This document shows positions 28,403 to 37,173 of a DNA stretch of 64,000 nt, piece by piece (within the stretch, counting starts at the first letter, position 1; each line of letters opens with the position of its first letter). Made by a program: the position numbers and the translations under genes. The stretch spans positions 25,078 through 89,077 of the IMG/VR virus record IMGVR_UViG_3300048861_000143. One strand, written 5' to 3'. The DNA comes from a virus. Under the pieces are notes generated by a model. That model did not search any database. It saw nothing but the letters and a program-made list of their open reading frames with translations, and had not been told where the DNA came from.

Positions 28403-28711
28403 CTACCACATCGCTACGATCGAAGTAGCGGTCGTGGCCGCCATCACCTTGACGGCCTGGACTGGCAAGATCATCCCGGCCCCAACACTGAAGGTCACGA
28501 GGTCGCCGCCCGACGTTGTCAGGACGAGATTGCCACTTCCGCCGACGTAGATGGCGCGGGTTGGCGGAGTCAGTGTCGTGGCGTCGCTGGGAACGACCGC
28601 TACGGCTCGGGTAGCCGGGCCGTCCGACGCCGAGGTGAGACCCGACGAGGGGTCAACCATGATCACCGGCAGCGCCGTCACATTGCCGCTCGGGGCGGGA
28701 AACTGGCTCAT
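28403..28711 (-). CDS. Head spike base protein (RcGTA Rcc01079-like)
   Basis: PATRAVAVVPSDATTL..PTRAIYVGGSGNLVL....G..VTF...AG.ILPVQA.KV.A.TTAT.IVAMW family pattern. Confidence 0.8.
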   Translation of the reverse strand: MSQFPAPSGNVTALPVIMVDPSSGLTSASDGPATRAVAVVPSDATTLTPPTRAIYVGGSGNLVLTTSGGDLVTFSVGAGMILPVQAVKVMAATTATSIVAMW

Positions 28712-29151
28712 CAGGGGCTCCAAGGGGAAGGCCGATCGAGGTGCGGCGATAGGCGCGCAAGCGCCTCAGCCTCCCGTCGCAAATCGACCTGGTATTTGTG
28801 CTCGAAAGTCTTCCAGCCGGTCTGGTGGCCCTCGCCGTGGTGCGCTGCGCAAACCGGTGCGGTCCACTCGTCACCCGGCTTGATCGCCGTCCCGCCACCG
28901 TTTCCGGCCCGCACGTGATGGGCATGGATGGGGGAGCCCGTGCAGCCGAGTACGGCGCACGGGAAAGAGCGGATCCAAGCCAGATGAGCAGGGCATCGGC
29001 CCTTACTCGGCTCTCTTTGAGGGCGTGGTGGGGGAGATAGGCGAACGGCGGCGCGGTCAGCCTTGTACTGCGCCTGGCATCGTCGGCAGCGCTTGCCTAT
29101 GCCGAATATGGCTTGGCCGCACCCACAGGCGCGGCTGGAGGGTGGCGGCAT
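28711..29151 (-). CDS. DUF968/Ref-like Zn-binding nuclease
   Basis: HLAWIRSFPCAVLGC...HAHHVR.G..GG...KPGDEWTAPVCAAHHGEGH. Confidence 0.75.
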   Translation of the reverse strand: MPPPSSRACGCGQAIFGIGKRCRRCQAQYKADRAAVRLSPPPRPQREPSKGRCPAHLAWIRSFPCAVLGCTGSPIHAHHVRAGNGGGTAIKPGDEWTAPVCAAHHGEGHQTGWKTFEHKYQVDLRREAEALARLSPHLDRPSPWSP

Positions 29152-29311
29152 TGCTCAACTCGGTAGAGAGGGGTGAACGGGCAGCATCCGACCGGACGGG
29201 CATTGCCTTTACGGCCACCCATCCCCCTGCCCCACTGCTCGCGGCAGGTCCGCGGCGCGCAACGCGCGCGCCCGTTCACTCTCGCACGCCGGCCGAAGCC
29301 GGCGATCTCGG

Positions 29312-29794
29312 TCAGGCGCTCTTGGCACCTGACGGTTGGATGAGCCCGAACCCGAAGGGCACGCCGAGCGCCTTGGCCAGGACCGAGAGCGTCCGGACGC
29401 CCACGTCGGGCTCCCGGCCGGTCATGATCGAGTAGAGCACCGTCTCGGAGATGCCGGTCGCCTTCGCCAGCTGCTCGGGCACGACGCTGTTGCGCCCCAT
29501 CAGCTGCGTGAGCTGGCCCGCCAGAACGAGCAGGGACATGCGGAGCTGAATGTCGCTGTCCGGCGTCGGAGCCGGCGCGGAAGCCGCAACCGGGAACTTG
29601 CCCAGATCGAGCGCGGCTTCCGACGAGATGGGCGCCATGGTCGCGGCGGCCGAAACAACGGCCGGGGACACGGTGTCAGAGGTCGGGGCAGTGGCGGAAG
29701 CGGTATCGGACATGGGGCCTGCTTTCTGTGTCTGCGGAAGGGTCAGCGTGGGTTCCTGGCGGCGATGCCAGGGCGTCCATGCGGCTGCGGTCAT
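29312..29794 (-). CDS. XRE-family HTH protein (start 29794 or 29713)
   Basis: EQLAKATGISETVLYSIMTGREPDVGVRTLSVLAKALGV. Confidence 0.75.
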   Translation of the reverse strand: MTAAAWTPWHRRQEPTLTLPQTQKAGPMSDTASATAPTSDTVSPAVVSAAATMAPISSEAALDLGKFPVAASAPAPTPDSDIQLRMSLLVLAGQLTQLMGRNSVVPEQLAKATGISETVLYSIMTGREPDVGVRTLSVLAKALGVPFGFGLIQPSGAKSA

Positions 29795-29812
29795 TCATCC
29801 ACCTCGGCGAAG

Positions 29813-30214
29813 TCAGACGGCGAATACCGCCGGGACGATCCCGCCACTCGTGAGAGAGGTCGGCGCGTAAACGCCCGGCCCGGCGGGAACACCCAGGAAG
29901 TTGGCGAGCTGCTGGCGCCAAGAAAAGTAGAGCGCCTGACGATCGCTGAGCTCGTTCTGGTTGTGTGTCCAGACCGCCGCCTTTTCCGTATCGAGATTCG
30001 CGCTCGCGCCCATGATCGCGGCCTCGAGCTGATACAGATTGGCGAGGTAAACCGTCGTGAGGACGGTCTCCTGGTCGGCGGTGAGCTGCCCGAGCAGACG
30101 GTCGAGAGCAGCGCTGTTCTGGACGGTATCCGGGTCGCCAATCCCCACGGCCGCCTGGACCGAGTAGCCGCAGAACCTGCGGGTATCCAAGGCCTGGGCG
30201 GCTGTCAGGGACAT
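29813..30214 (-). CDS. Head-tail adaptor protein
   Basis: 133 aa after MCP; DTRRFCGY, ANLDTEKAAVWTHNQNELSDRQALY. Confidence 0.7.
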   Translation of the reverse strand: MSLTAAQALDTRRFCGYSVQAAVGIGDPDTVQNSAALDRLLGQLTADQETVLTTVYLANLYQLEAAIMGASANLDTEKAAVWTHNQNELSDRQALYFSWRQQLANFLGVPAGPGVYAPTSLTSGGIVPAVFAV

Positions 30215-30217
30215 GGG

Positions 30218-30499
30218 TCAGCCCTTCTTCTTGCTGTCGTCAGCCTTCGGAGCAGGCTCGGAAGCTGCGGGCTCAGCGGCTGGCGCTACCGGAGCCGGTG
30301 CCGGCGCCGCGGCGGGTGCCGGGGCTTCCTGGACCTCGAGCTCCCGGCTCGCCACCATGCCAAGGAACACGGGGCACTTCGGGTCGGCCAGTATCACGTC
30401 CGCAGTCGTCTCTCCGGGATTGATCATCAGCGCGACCATGTCGTCCTCGCCGACAATGTTGATCCCGCGGATGCCCGGCGAGGTGTTCTTGATGATCAT
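30218..30499 (-). CDS. Small protein with Pro/Ala-rich tail
   Basis: MIIKNTSPGIRGINIVG...; typical small gene following MCP. Confidence 0.6.
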   Translation of the reverse strand: MIIKNTSPGIRGINIVGEDDMVALMINPGETTADVILADPKCPVFLGMVASRELEVQEAPAPAAAPAPAPVAPAAEPAASEPAPKADDSKKKG

Positions 30500-30591
30500 G
30501 TAAGTCGGTCTCCCGTTGGTGCCTCCTGCCGGCACCACTCCAGAATTGGAGAAGCTGTCAGCAGGAGATCACTCAGAACGACGACGGAATA

Positions 30592-31551
30592 TCAGATCCC
30601 GTCAACGTAGCGGAACGCGCCGGGGCGACGAATGTCGACGCCACCGAAGCGGAAGATGCCAGGGACTTCCCACAGCATCGGGCCAACGTGCCACGGGGTC
30701 GGGAGGAAGCGGTATGGCATCGGCAGATGCATCTTCACCACCGTCGGATCCTTGCGGTACGCGACGAGGCGAGAGGTCGCGCCGGAGCCGGCCGTGTCGA
30801 GGCCGCGGATGGCCTTGATCGTGAGGCGCTGGCCGGTTTCCGCCGTGTAGACGTTCTTCTCCTGCATCCAGTCGAGGATCGTCTTCTCGCTCAGGTTGTG
30901 CAGGCGAGTCGTCGCGACATACGACCAAACGTTGAGGCCGAGCAGAACGGTGTCGGCCATTTCAACGGTTGCCGACCCGGTCCACACGCCGGTCAGCGTG
31001 TTGTTGACGTCCGAGAGGATCTGGTCAGGGGTCTTCGTCGACCAAGTCGTCGTGCTGCCCGTGCCGGTCGCCGGAGCGGTCGAGGTGGTCACCGTCGAGT
31101 TGTTCAGCAGGCCCTGGTAGCCGACCTTGCTGTCGCCGAAGAGAGCCGCCTGGTCGATGAACTTCTCCGCCGCGAGCCGCGCATAGCGCGCCTTGTCGTC
31201 GGTGAGGTTGCGGCCCAGGAGGGCGCCCTGCGACAGCTCTTCGATGTCGTAGCGGTAGCCGATACCGGCCATCCGCACGGACGTCTCGAACTTGTTGTAG
31301 TTGACGTCGGCGTGCTGCATGTCCTGCGCACCGCCGGCGAACCACGCCGCAGACCCGGCGCCATCGGTCGAGAAGTAGGTGACCGACGGGATCCAGGGGT
31401 TGGCCGAGGTGTCAATCGGGATCAGGCCCGGGTAACGGATCTCGGGGTATTTCACCACGTACACCGACTTCTCGATGTGCGTGAGCTGTGAAATCAGGAA
31501 GGCCTCAGCCTGCTGGGCATCCAGCATGCGGGACGCGTCGTAAACGTTCAT
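30592..31551 (-). CDS. Major capsid protein (DUF2184/HK97-fold)
   Basis: 319 aa; FLISQLTHIE, GIGYRYDIEEL, VPGIFRFGGVDIRRPGA. Confidence 0.92.
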   Translation of the reverse strand: MNVYDASRMLDAQQAEAFLISQLTHIEKSVYVVKYPEIRYPGLIPIDTSANPWIPSVTYFSTDGAGSAAWFAGGAQDMQHADVNYNKFETSVRMAGIGYRYDIEELSQGALLGRNLTDDKARYARLAAEKFIDQAALFGDSKVGYQGLLNNSTVTTSTAPATGTGSTTTWSTKTPDQILSDVNNTLTGVWTGSATVEMADTVLLGLNVWSYVATTRLHNLSEKTILDWMQEKNVYTAETGQRLTIKAIRGLDTAGSGATSRLVAYRKDPTVVKMHLPMPYRFLPTPWHVGPMLWEVPGIFRFGGVDIRRPGAFRYVDGI

Positions 31552-31563
31552 CGGTGCAGGTCC

Positions 31564-32016
31564 TTACGACAGCCGCAGCTTGGCGAGGCCAGCCCCGGAG
31601 GTGGTGCTGTCGAACTTGGCGTTCGGGATGGCGGTATTGCTGGTGGAAACGTTCGTGATCGCGCCAGCGGAGGTGAAGTAGGCCGAGTCGCCGGCGTTGA
31701 CCGCGACAGCGCCATTCACCCACACGCACCCGCGCGTCAGGACCGCAACCACGTCGCCGGGCTGATACTGGTCAGCGGCGTCGGGACGGGTCGCAACGTT
31801 CACCAGGGCAATGCCCAAGAAAGCCGTGCCGAGGGCGCCGTCTTTCACGGTGTTCGCCGGATCGGAGCCACGCACAACCACGCGGCCGAACGCGATGTTC
31901 GTCGCGGCGGCAATGTCGTTCTCGCGGGAAATGACGGTCGCCGGGGTCGCGTCCGCGATCCGGCCAACGAAGCCCGCTACCGGGGCGTCATTGTAGGTGG
32001 GCTGCAGGTTCGGCAT
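31564..32016 (-). CDS. Head decoration/cement protein
   Basis: 150 aa between protease and MCP; IAFGRVVV, VAVLTRGCVWV. Confidence 0.8.
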   Translation of the reverse strand: MPNLQPTYNDAPVAGFVGRIADATPATVISRENDIAAATNIAFGRVVVRGSDPANTVKDGALGTAFLGIALVNVATRPDAADQYQPGDVVAVLTRGCVWVNGAVAVNAGDSAYFTSAGAITNVSTSNTAIPNAKFDSTTSGAGLAKLRLS

Positions 32017-32017
32017 A

Positions 32018-33268
32018 TCAGTTGCCCCCGTTCGGCAGATGCGCCATCTCGAGCGACTTCACGAACGCCAGGTAGGGCGCATCGCGGTCGGAGACGGTCG
32101 CGGGCTTGGTGTTGGAGCGAAGCGCATCGCGCACGGGATCGGCAGCAGCGGCCCCGCCGGCAACGGCGGTCAGGGTGTCGAAGGCTGCGGAGACGTACTC
32201 GTCGCTCTTGTCCTTGACCTGAGCGTCACCGAGGCGCTGAACCACCGCCATGCGGCGGACGTCAGCTGCGGTCTTGCCCGCGAAATCGGCCTTGTCGCCG
32301 AGGATCTTGCGGGCTGCGTCGAACACCCGGGCGCGATCGGCGATCAGAGCGTCCATCGCCGCTGCATCGGGAACCTGAGCCTTGAGAGCGGCGATTTCGC
32401 CGTCCTTGGCTTCGATGGCCGCAGTGTGAGCGGACTTCAGGCCGGCGATCTCGCCGTCCTTCGCCTCGAGCGCCTTGCCGTGGTTCGCCTTCAGGCCGGC
32501 GATTTCACCGTCGCGGGTCGCGAGCTCCTTAGCGTGCGCGTCGCGCAGGCTGGAAATCTCTGCGTCGCGGGCAGCAATTGCCGTCGTGTGCGATGCCACT
32601 GCGTCCGAGATCTGCTTCTGCAGCTTCTCGACGGCCTGTGCGCCTTGGTCGGTCGTGCTGATGGACAGACCATCAATGGTCACTGTCCGGAGTGCCACTT
32701 CTGGCATATCCTTGTCCTTAGTTGTGGGTATGGTGGGCCATGAGTCGCCAATACGCGCCTGCGGGCCGGCCCTCGCCCGATCGACCAAAGCGATGTGATT
32801 CACACGGATGTCGCGCTGTTCCGCGTCGAACTTCTCACCGTCTTCGGTGACGCCTCCCGTCCAATCGAGCTGCGCGGTGTAGCCGACTGACAGCTCGCAC
32901 TTGCCGGACTTGAAGTCATCGATTGCCGACTGATCCATCATGGTCAGTGGCACCCGGATGAAGGTCCCGTCCCGTGCGACGGTGTCACCGACGAACCCGA
33001 TCGAAAGCCGCTTCCAGTTCTTGGAGTCGACCATTTCGGAGGGGTGGTCGTTCGTCATCGGCTTGTAGACGAACGTGCCCATCGACTGCTCGGAGAAGAC
33101 TTCGTCGGCGGAGCGCAAAACGCGCACCACGCTCATCTCCGGCATGCCCATTTCGTCGCCGGTGTAGAGTTGGATGCCGGTCCGCGCGACCCTCGCATCG
33201 GCTACGAGATAGCCCGAGCCGGTCAGTCGCGGCTTACCGTCCAGCACGACGCTGTCTGTGAAAAGCAT
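32018..33268 (-). CDS. DUF2213 prohead protease-scaffold fusion
   Basis: GYLVADARVARTGIQLY, KPMTNDHP, ELSVGYTA, VNHIALVDRARAG; helical repeat scaffold C-terminus. Confidence 0.92.
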   Translation of the reverse strand: MLFTDSVVLDGKPRLTGSGYLVADARVARTGIQLYTGDEMGMPEMSVVRVLRSADEVFSEQSMGTFVYKPMTNDHPSEMVDSKNWKRLSIGFVGDTVARDGTFIRVPLTMMDQSAIDDFKSGKCELSVGYTAQLDWTGGVTEDGEKFDAEQRDIRVNHIALVDRARAGPQARIGDSWPTIPTTKDKDMPEVALRTVTIDGLSISTTDQGAQAVEKLQKQISDAVASHTTAIAARDAEISSLRDAHAKELATRDGEIAGLKANHGKALEAKDGEIAGLKSAHTAAIEAKDGEIAALKAQVPDAAAMDALIADRARVFDAARKILGDKADFAGKTAADVRRMAVVQRLGDAQVKDKSDEYVSAAFDTLTAVAGGAAAADPVRDALRSNTKPATVSDRDAPYLAFVKSLEMAHLPNGGN

Positions 33269-33315
33269 TGCAGTCAGCCCAATAGAAAAAGGCCGCTTGG
33301 GAGCGGCCTGGTGGG

Positions 33316-34794
33316 TTACGCGGTCGGCGCTTTTGCGCGGCGCGGTCGGCGGGGCAGCGGGGTCTGGTCTATCGGCGGCCGCTCAACGTGAGCCGCGACT
33401 GCCGTCTCTTCCCAGAGCTCATCGTGCGAGGCCGTCGGGTCGTTCAGCATCTTCACGGCCAAGTTCGGATCGACGGCCTTTTCCTGAGCCAGCATCGGCT
33501 CGGCCTTTTCGCCCTTGTGGCTCTCGAGGATCTGCTCGAGGCCAGGATATGTGCCGTCGTCGATCAGCTGGGCCTGGACCGCCTCCTGCAGGGCGATCGG
33601 CGGCATAACACCGACCACCGAGTAGATCTGGCTGGTCTGGGCCTTCTGCATGGCCACAGCCGCTTTCTCTCGATCGCTCATCTGCCAGAGCGGGTTCCAC
33701 TCGTACCAGACGTCAGAGGGCTTGGCGCCAGCGTGCCGGATCAGAACCTGGTCGAGCCGGTTGAGCGCCGGCCCCATCTCCGTCTTCTGCTTGCTGCTCA
33801 GCGTGTCGTAGTAGTGCCGAAGATCAGCCTCACCGGTGGAGTTCAAGCCAGTGGGCGACTTGCCTAGCAGCCGGGTGACCGGCATGTTCGCCGCGCCCGC
33901 CGCGATCTCCATGAACTTGGCGATCACCTCCGGGTAGCCCGCGAAGTGAAGCTGCTTCTGGTCCCACTCCTCAAGCGCATCCATCAGCAAGGCCGAGTTG
34001 ATCGACTTGCCGCGCTGAGCCAGCGCGAGACGGGCGAGGAGCTTGTTCCGGTATTCCGGGTTGCTGACGTTCTGCGTCAGGCCCGGGATCTTGATGATGT
34101 CGACCTTCGCTTCGTAGGCGAGCGAGGCGATGTTGGACGTGACCGAGGCGGCGTTACGCACCGCGTCATAGACGCGCTGCAGGATCGGGTGTCCCCAGCC
34201 GTCGATCGACCAGGTGAGCTCGAGCTGCTGGATGCCCTGGAAGCGGACGATCCGGCTCGGGTGAATGAGCACCGGGCCGAAGCTTGACGCCAGGCTGGGG
34301 TCAGCCGCGCCGCCAGCGGTCAGCTGATACATGGTCGGCTCGCCGAACGTGGGCGACACCGGATCACGGTCGAGGTCGCCTGCGAAGATCTCCCACCGCG
34401 AGAGCGAGTGCAGATACTTGATCCCACCCTTCTGGACCGACTCAGGATCCAAAGGCTTCGACGGGTCCGGGTCGCCGGTTCCGATCAGCAGGGCCGATCC
34501 GCCGTAGAGGCGAGCCTGCTTCAGGCAGCGGTTGACCACCTGGACGACGTTGAGCTGCTTTTCCGAGGTCTCGATCGACTTCAGGTGCCGCTTGCCGGCT
34601 TTCCAGGAGCGCCACTCGCGCGTCATGTCGTCCGCGGGAGCGTCGACAATCGTGCCGGCGATCCAGTCCGACGTGTACATGTTCAGCAGCTCGGGGCGGC
34701 CGAGAAGATTGCCGGTGAACGTCGAAAACGTCGCCTTGTCGCGGTCGGTTCCGAGCCCGGAGACTAGGTTCTGGAGCGAGTCGGAGAACTGCAT
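33316..34794 (-). CDS. Portal protein (DUF1073 family)
   Basis: 492 aa; LQNLVSGLGTDRDK, MYTSDWIAGTIVDAPADDMTREW, MPVTRLLGKSPTGLNSTGEADL.HYYD. Confidence 0.92.
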   Translation of the reverse strand: MQFSDSLQNLVSGLGTDRDKATFSTFTGNLLGRPELLNMYTSDWIAGTIVDAPADDMTREWRSWKAGKRHLKSIETSEKQLNVVQVVNRCLKQARLYGGSALLIGTGDPDPSKPLDPESVQKGGIKYLHSLSRWEIFAGDLDRDPVSPTFGEPTMYQLTAGGAADPSLASSFGPVLIHPSRIVRFQGIQQLELTWSIDGWGHPILQRVYDAVRNAASVTSNIASLAYEAKVDIIKIPGLTQNVSNPEYRNKLLARLALAQRGKSINSALLMDALEEWDQKQLHFAGYPEVIAKFMEIAAGAANMPVTRLLGKSPTGLNSTGEADLRHYYDTLSSKQKTEMGPALNRLDQVLIRHAGAKPSDVWYEWNPLWQMSDREKAAVAMQKAQTSQIYSVVGVMPPIALQEAVQAQLIDDGTYPGLEQILESHKGEKAEPMLAQEKAVDPNLAVKMLNDPTASHDELWEETAVAAHVERPPIDQTPLPRRPRRAKAPTA

Positions 34795-34810
34795 GAAGGG
34801 CTTCCAGAAA

Positions 34811-36283
34811 TCAGGTCAATGCCCCCACCCAGCTCATGGAAGCGTCGTAGACGAACTCGCCAAGCTGCCCGAAGGCTCTGGATGTGGCGTCGGCGGTGTC
34901 GTCCTTCGCAGCTACCGGGAAAGCCTCCAGACGCTCAAACCAGGCCTTGTTCCACTCGCCAGGCACGTAGAGCACGTTGCCGGCCTCGCACTGCGCCGAG
35001 AACGGCGAAAAACGGCCGATTTTGGCGGCCTTTGCCGCCGATCCGACCGCGGCCGCAGTGGCGGCGCGGCTCTCCGTCGAGGTCCGAACGTCGTAGCCGA
35101 CCAGCAGCTTCGTGAAGGCTGCCGCCTGCGCTTTCCCCGCCGCCGCAGGGTCCTGCGGGATCGAGATCGTCACGTAGCGGCCGCTGTCCTTGTCCTGCTT
35201 CGCGACACGAAGAATCTCGTTCTCAACTTCGCTCGGGCTGCCTTGAAGGAACGTGTGGTCGGCGATGATGAAGCGTCCATCGAGCGTGCGCCCGATCAGA
35301 ACCGACTCCGTGAAGTCGGGATTGTTCGTCGCGGTCTTCGGTGTCGACGCCAAATCCCAGCCCCGCGCCCAGATAGTCGCGTCGGGGATCATCTGCGGAG
35401 CGATCGGCTTCAGCCATTTGCGCTGGAAGTAGAGCCCGGCTGCTTGCCGGATTTTCCAGTTGCCGCCCAACAGGCGCTCGCGCTCAACCGTCGGCAGGGC
35501 GAGAAGGTTCGCCATGTAGCCGGGATCGGCCTTCATCAGCGCCTTGTTGTCGGTCAAGGTCGCCGGGATGAAGGTCACCGACTTCGGCAGGATCTGCTCG
35601 GCCGGCATCTTGCCGGTGAATTTGTCGACCAGCTCTTGCCGGGTGTCGGCCCAGTGCAGCGTGTCATTGACCCGAAGAAGCCAGCGAAGCACGCCGGCCC
35701 GCTCCTGGATGGGAAGGCCGTCTTCGCCGAGCCACCATTCGATGAAGTTCGCCACCCAACTATCGGCGTCGGGGTTGCACGTCGCTCGGACGTAGCCCTT
35801 CACGCCGGAGGTGGAGCGATTCCGGCTGACCATGTACCAGAACATCGACTCGCTGAAATGCGTCAGCTCGTCGAAACACAGGAGCGGGATTTCCGCCCCC
35901 TGGTATTCGTTCTTCGTCTTCTCGTGCTCAAGGTGAGCGAACTTGATCCGGCCGCCCTTGGGCCAGATCCACTCGAGAGACTGCACGCGAGGATGCGCGC
36001 CTAGCTTGGGGTAGAGATTGCCCGCAGCGTCCCACAAGCCACCAGGGTTTGTGACCTGCGTAGTAGTCCGCCGAAAGAAGACCGCCCGGAATTTCGCGTT
36101 ACTGACAACGTGTCGAAGTGGCTCCAGAAGGAGCGCCCATGTCTTGCTTCAGTGCCCCGCAGATTGCGCCGCGGGGCGTCATAAGCCTCCCCCAGCCGAA
36201 CCGCCGTAAATAGCAATGTCTGCCGAGCTCGACAGGAACACGCTCTGGGGTCCGGGCTGGGGGGAAATCCGTTCGGGAGGCAT
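34811..36283 (-). CDS. terL: Terminase large subunit, interrupted in Walker A by a 39-nt in-frame element (477 aa if removed)
   Basis: MPPERISPQPGPQSVFLSSSADIAIYGGSAGGG [13 codons] KTWALLLEPLRH...; Walker B LCFDELTHF; nuclease RGWDLAS, DDTADA. All in one frame. Confidence 0.9.
36146..36184 (-). other. 39-nt stop-containing hairpin insertion in terL (candidate bypass element or mini-intron)
   Basis: TTA TGA CGC CCC GCG GCG CAA TCT GCG GGG CAC TGA AGC lies between the Gly (GGC) and Lys (AAG) codons of GGGKT. Confidence 0.85.
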
Positions 36284-36374
36284 GCTGGCCCTTCGACGGA
36301 GGGGGCGCCTCCGGTCCTGATCGTGAACTGATTGCGCGCTCGCGGTTCAATCCATTGAACTGCGAATTCGCAGT

Positions 36375-36536
36375 TCAGGGTCGCAGGCGAGCCGCGCGAA
36401 GAGTCACACGGTCCAAATGGTTGCGCAGAGCGTCGGGTCTGATGGGCAGACCGATCCAACACGCCAGGCGAGCGGCGCTCACATAGGGAGCCCACCACCA
36501 AGCGAATCTGATTTCGAACGTGAGTTCAGTCATCAT
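36375..36536 (-). CDS. Small hydrophobic protein between terS and terL
   Basis: MMTELTFEIRFAWWWAPYVSAARLACWIGL...; overlaps the terS stop. Confidence 0.45.
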   Translation of the reverse strand: MMTELTFEIRFAWWWAPYVSAARLACWIGLPIRPDALRNHLDRVTLRAARLRP

Positions 36537-37173
36537 CGTATTCGCTCTCAGGTTCCGCCTCGGGGAAGGCGTCGATCTCAGCGGCGATGTCCGCCAAGTT
36601 CTGTTCGATGGCCGGCATGAGAGCTGGGGAAACATCGCCCCTAGAATTGTCGGGCAGAACAATTTGAATTGCGTGCTCGACCGGGCCGCCCTCTTTGCCG
36701 GTTTGCTCGACGCGGCTGGTTTCGACGAAGCCCATCTTGGTCTTCGCCCAGAAGATCGCGGCAGTGGCAGTCGTTTTCAGCTCGGCCGGCCCGGTCGCCA
36801 TCTCGAACAGCTTCATGCCAACCTTGAGGTTGGCTTCGATCCGGCCGCGCTCGATGTCCTCGGAATAGTGCTTCCTCAGCGTCTCGTCCCCGATGTCGAG
36901 GAACTTCGCGATCGACTCGTTCGCGACCTGCATGCCGGCCAGCATCCAGACCTTCTTCCGATTATCGGGCGTCGGCTCGTGTGGCTTTCGGCCATTGATC
37001 AAGCCGGCGCGCTCGAGCTGCTGTGGGTAGTGCCGCCTCAGCGTCTCTTCGCCAATCCCCAACTGCTTCGCGATCTTCCAGAGAGGAACGTCGGCAGAGA
37101 GAAGCGTTTGGACGGCAAGGCGGTGCGCTTTGTTAGCGCGGTATGGAACTGACATCGGGTTCGTTTTCAGCAA
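36526..37173 (-). CDS. terS: Terminase small subunit with duplicated HTH
   Basis: IAKQLGIGEETLRRHY / IAKFLDIGDETLRKHY; AAIFWAKTKMG; EQTGKEGGPV. Confidence 0.85.
   Translation of the reverse strand: MLKTNPMSVPYRANKAHRLAVQTLLSADVPLWKIAKQLGIGEETLRRHYPQQLERAGLINGRKPHEPTPDNRKKVWMLAGMQVANESIAKFLDIGDETLRKHYSEDIERGRIEANLKVGMKLFEMATGPAELKTTATAAIFWAKTKMGFVETSRVEQTGKEGGPVEHAIQIVLPDNSRGDVSPALMPAIEQNLADIAAEIDAFPEAEPESEYDDD

Noticed and set aside
33316-34794. DUF1073 protein as an anti-CBASS nuclease
   Set aside because: Its size and position between terL and the prohead protease identify it as the portal.
29336-35795. Long plus-strand ORFs opposite head and portal genes (e.g. 29336-30610, 34532-36004), and similar antisense ORFs elsewhere
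   Set aside because: Shadow frames of GC-rich coding sequence: Arg/Gly/Pro-rich, no motifs, no RBS.
34811-36037. ORF-track terL starting at 36037 as a complete 408-aa protein
   Set aside because: It lacks Walker A. The real N-terminus, with an RBS, starts at 36283 in the same frame.
36157-36172. Similarity of the terL hairpin (GCGG-CG-CAATC) to the early-arm element (GCGG-CAATC)
   Set aside because: Loop length and register differ, and a 4+5-nt match is expected by chance in GC-rich DNA. Worth rechecking with a covariance model.
36146-36184. terL insert as a canonical group I intron, BHB intron or intein
   Set aside because: It is far too short for a group I core and the 5' exon does not end in U. 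BHB cut positions on the GCTT/AAGC helix would remove 37 nt and shift the frame. It contains stops, so it is not an intein. A non-canonical splicing route is not excluded.
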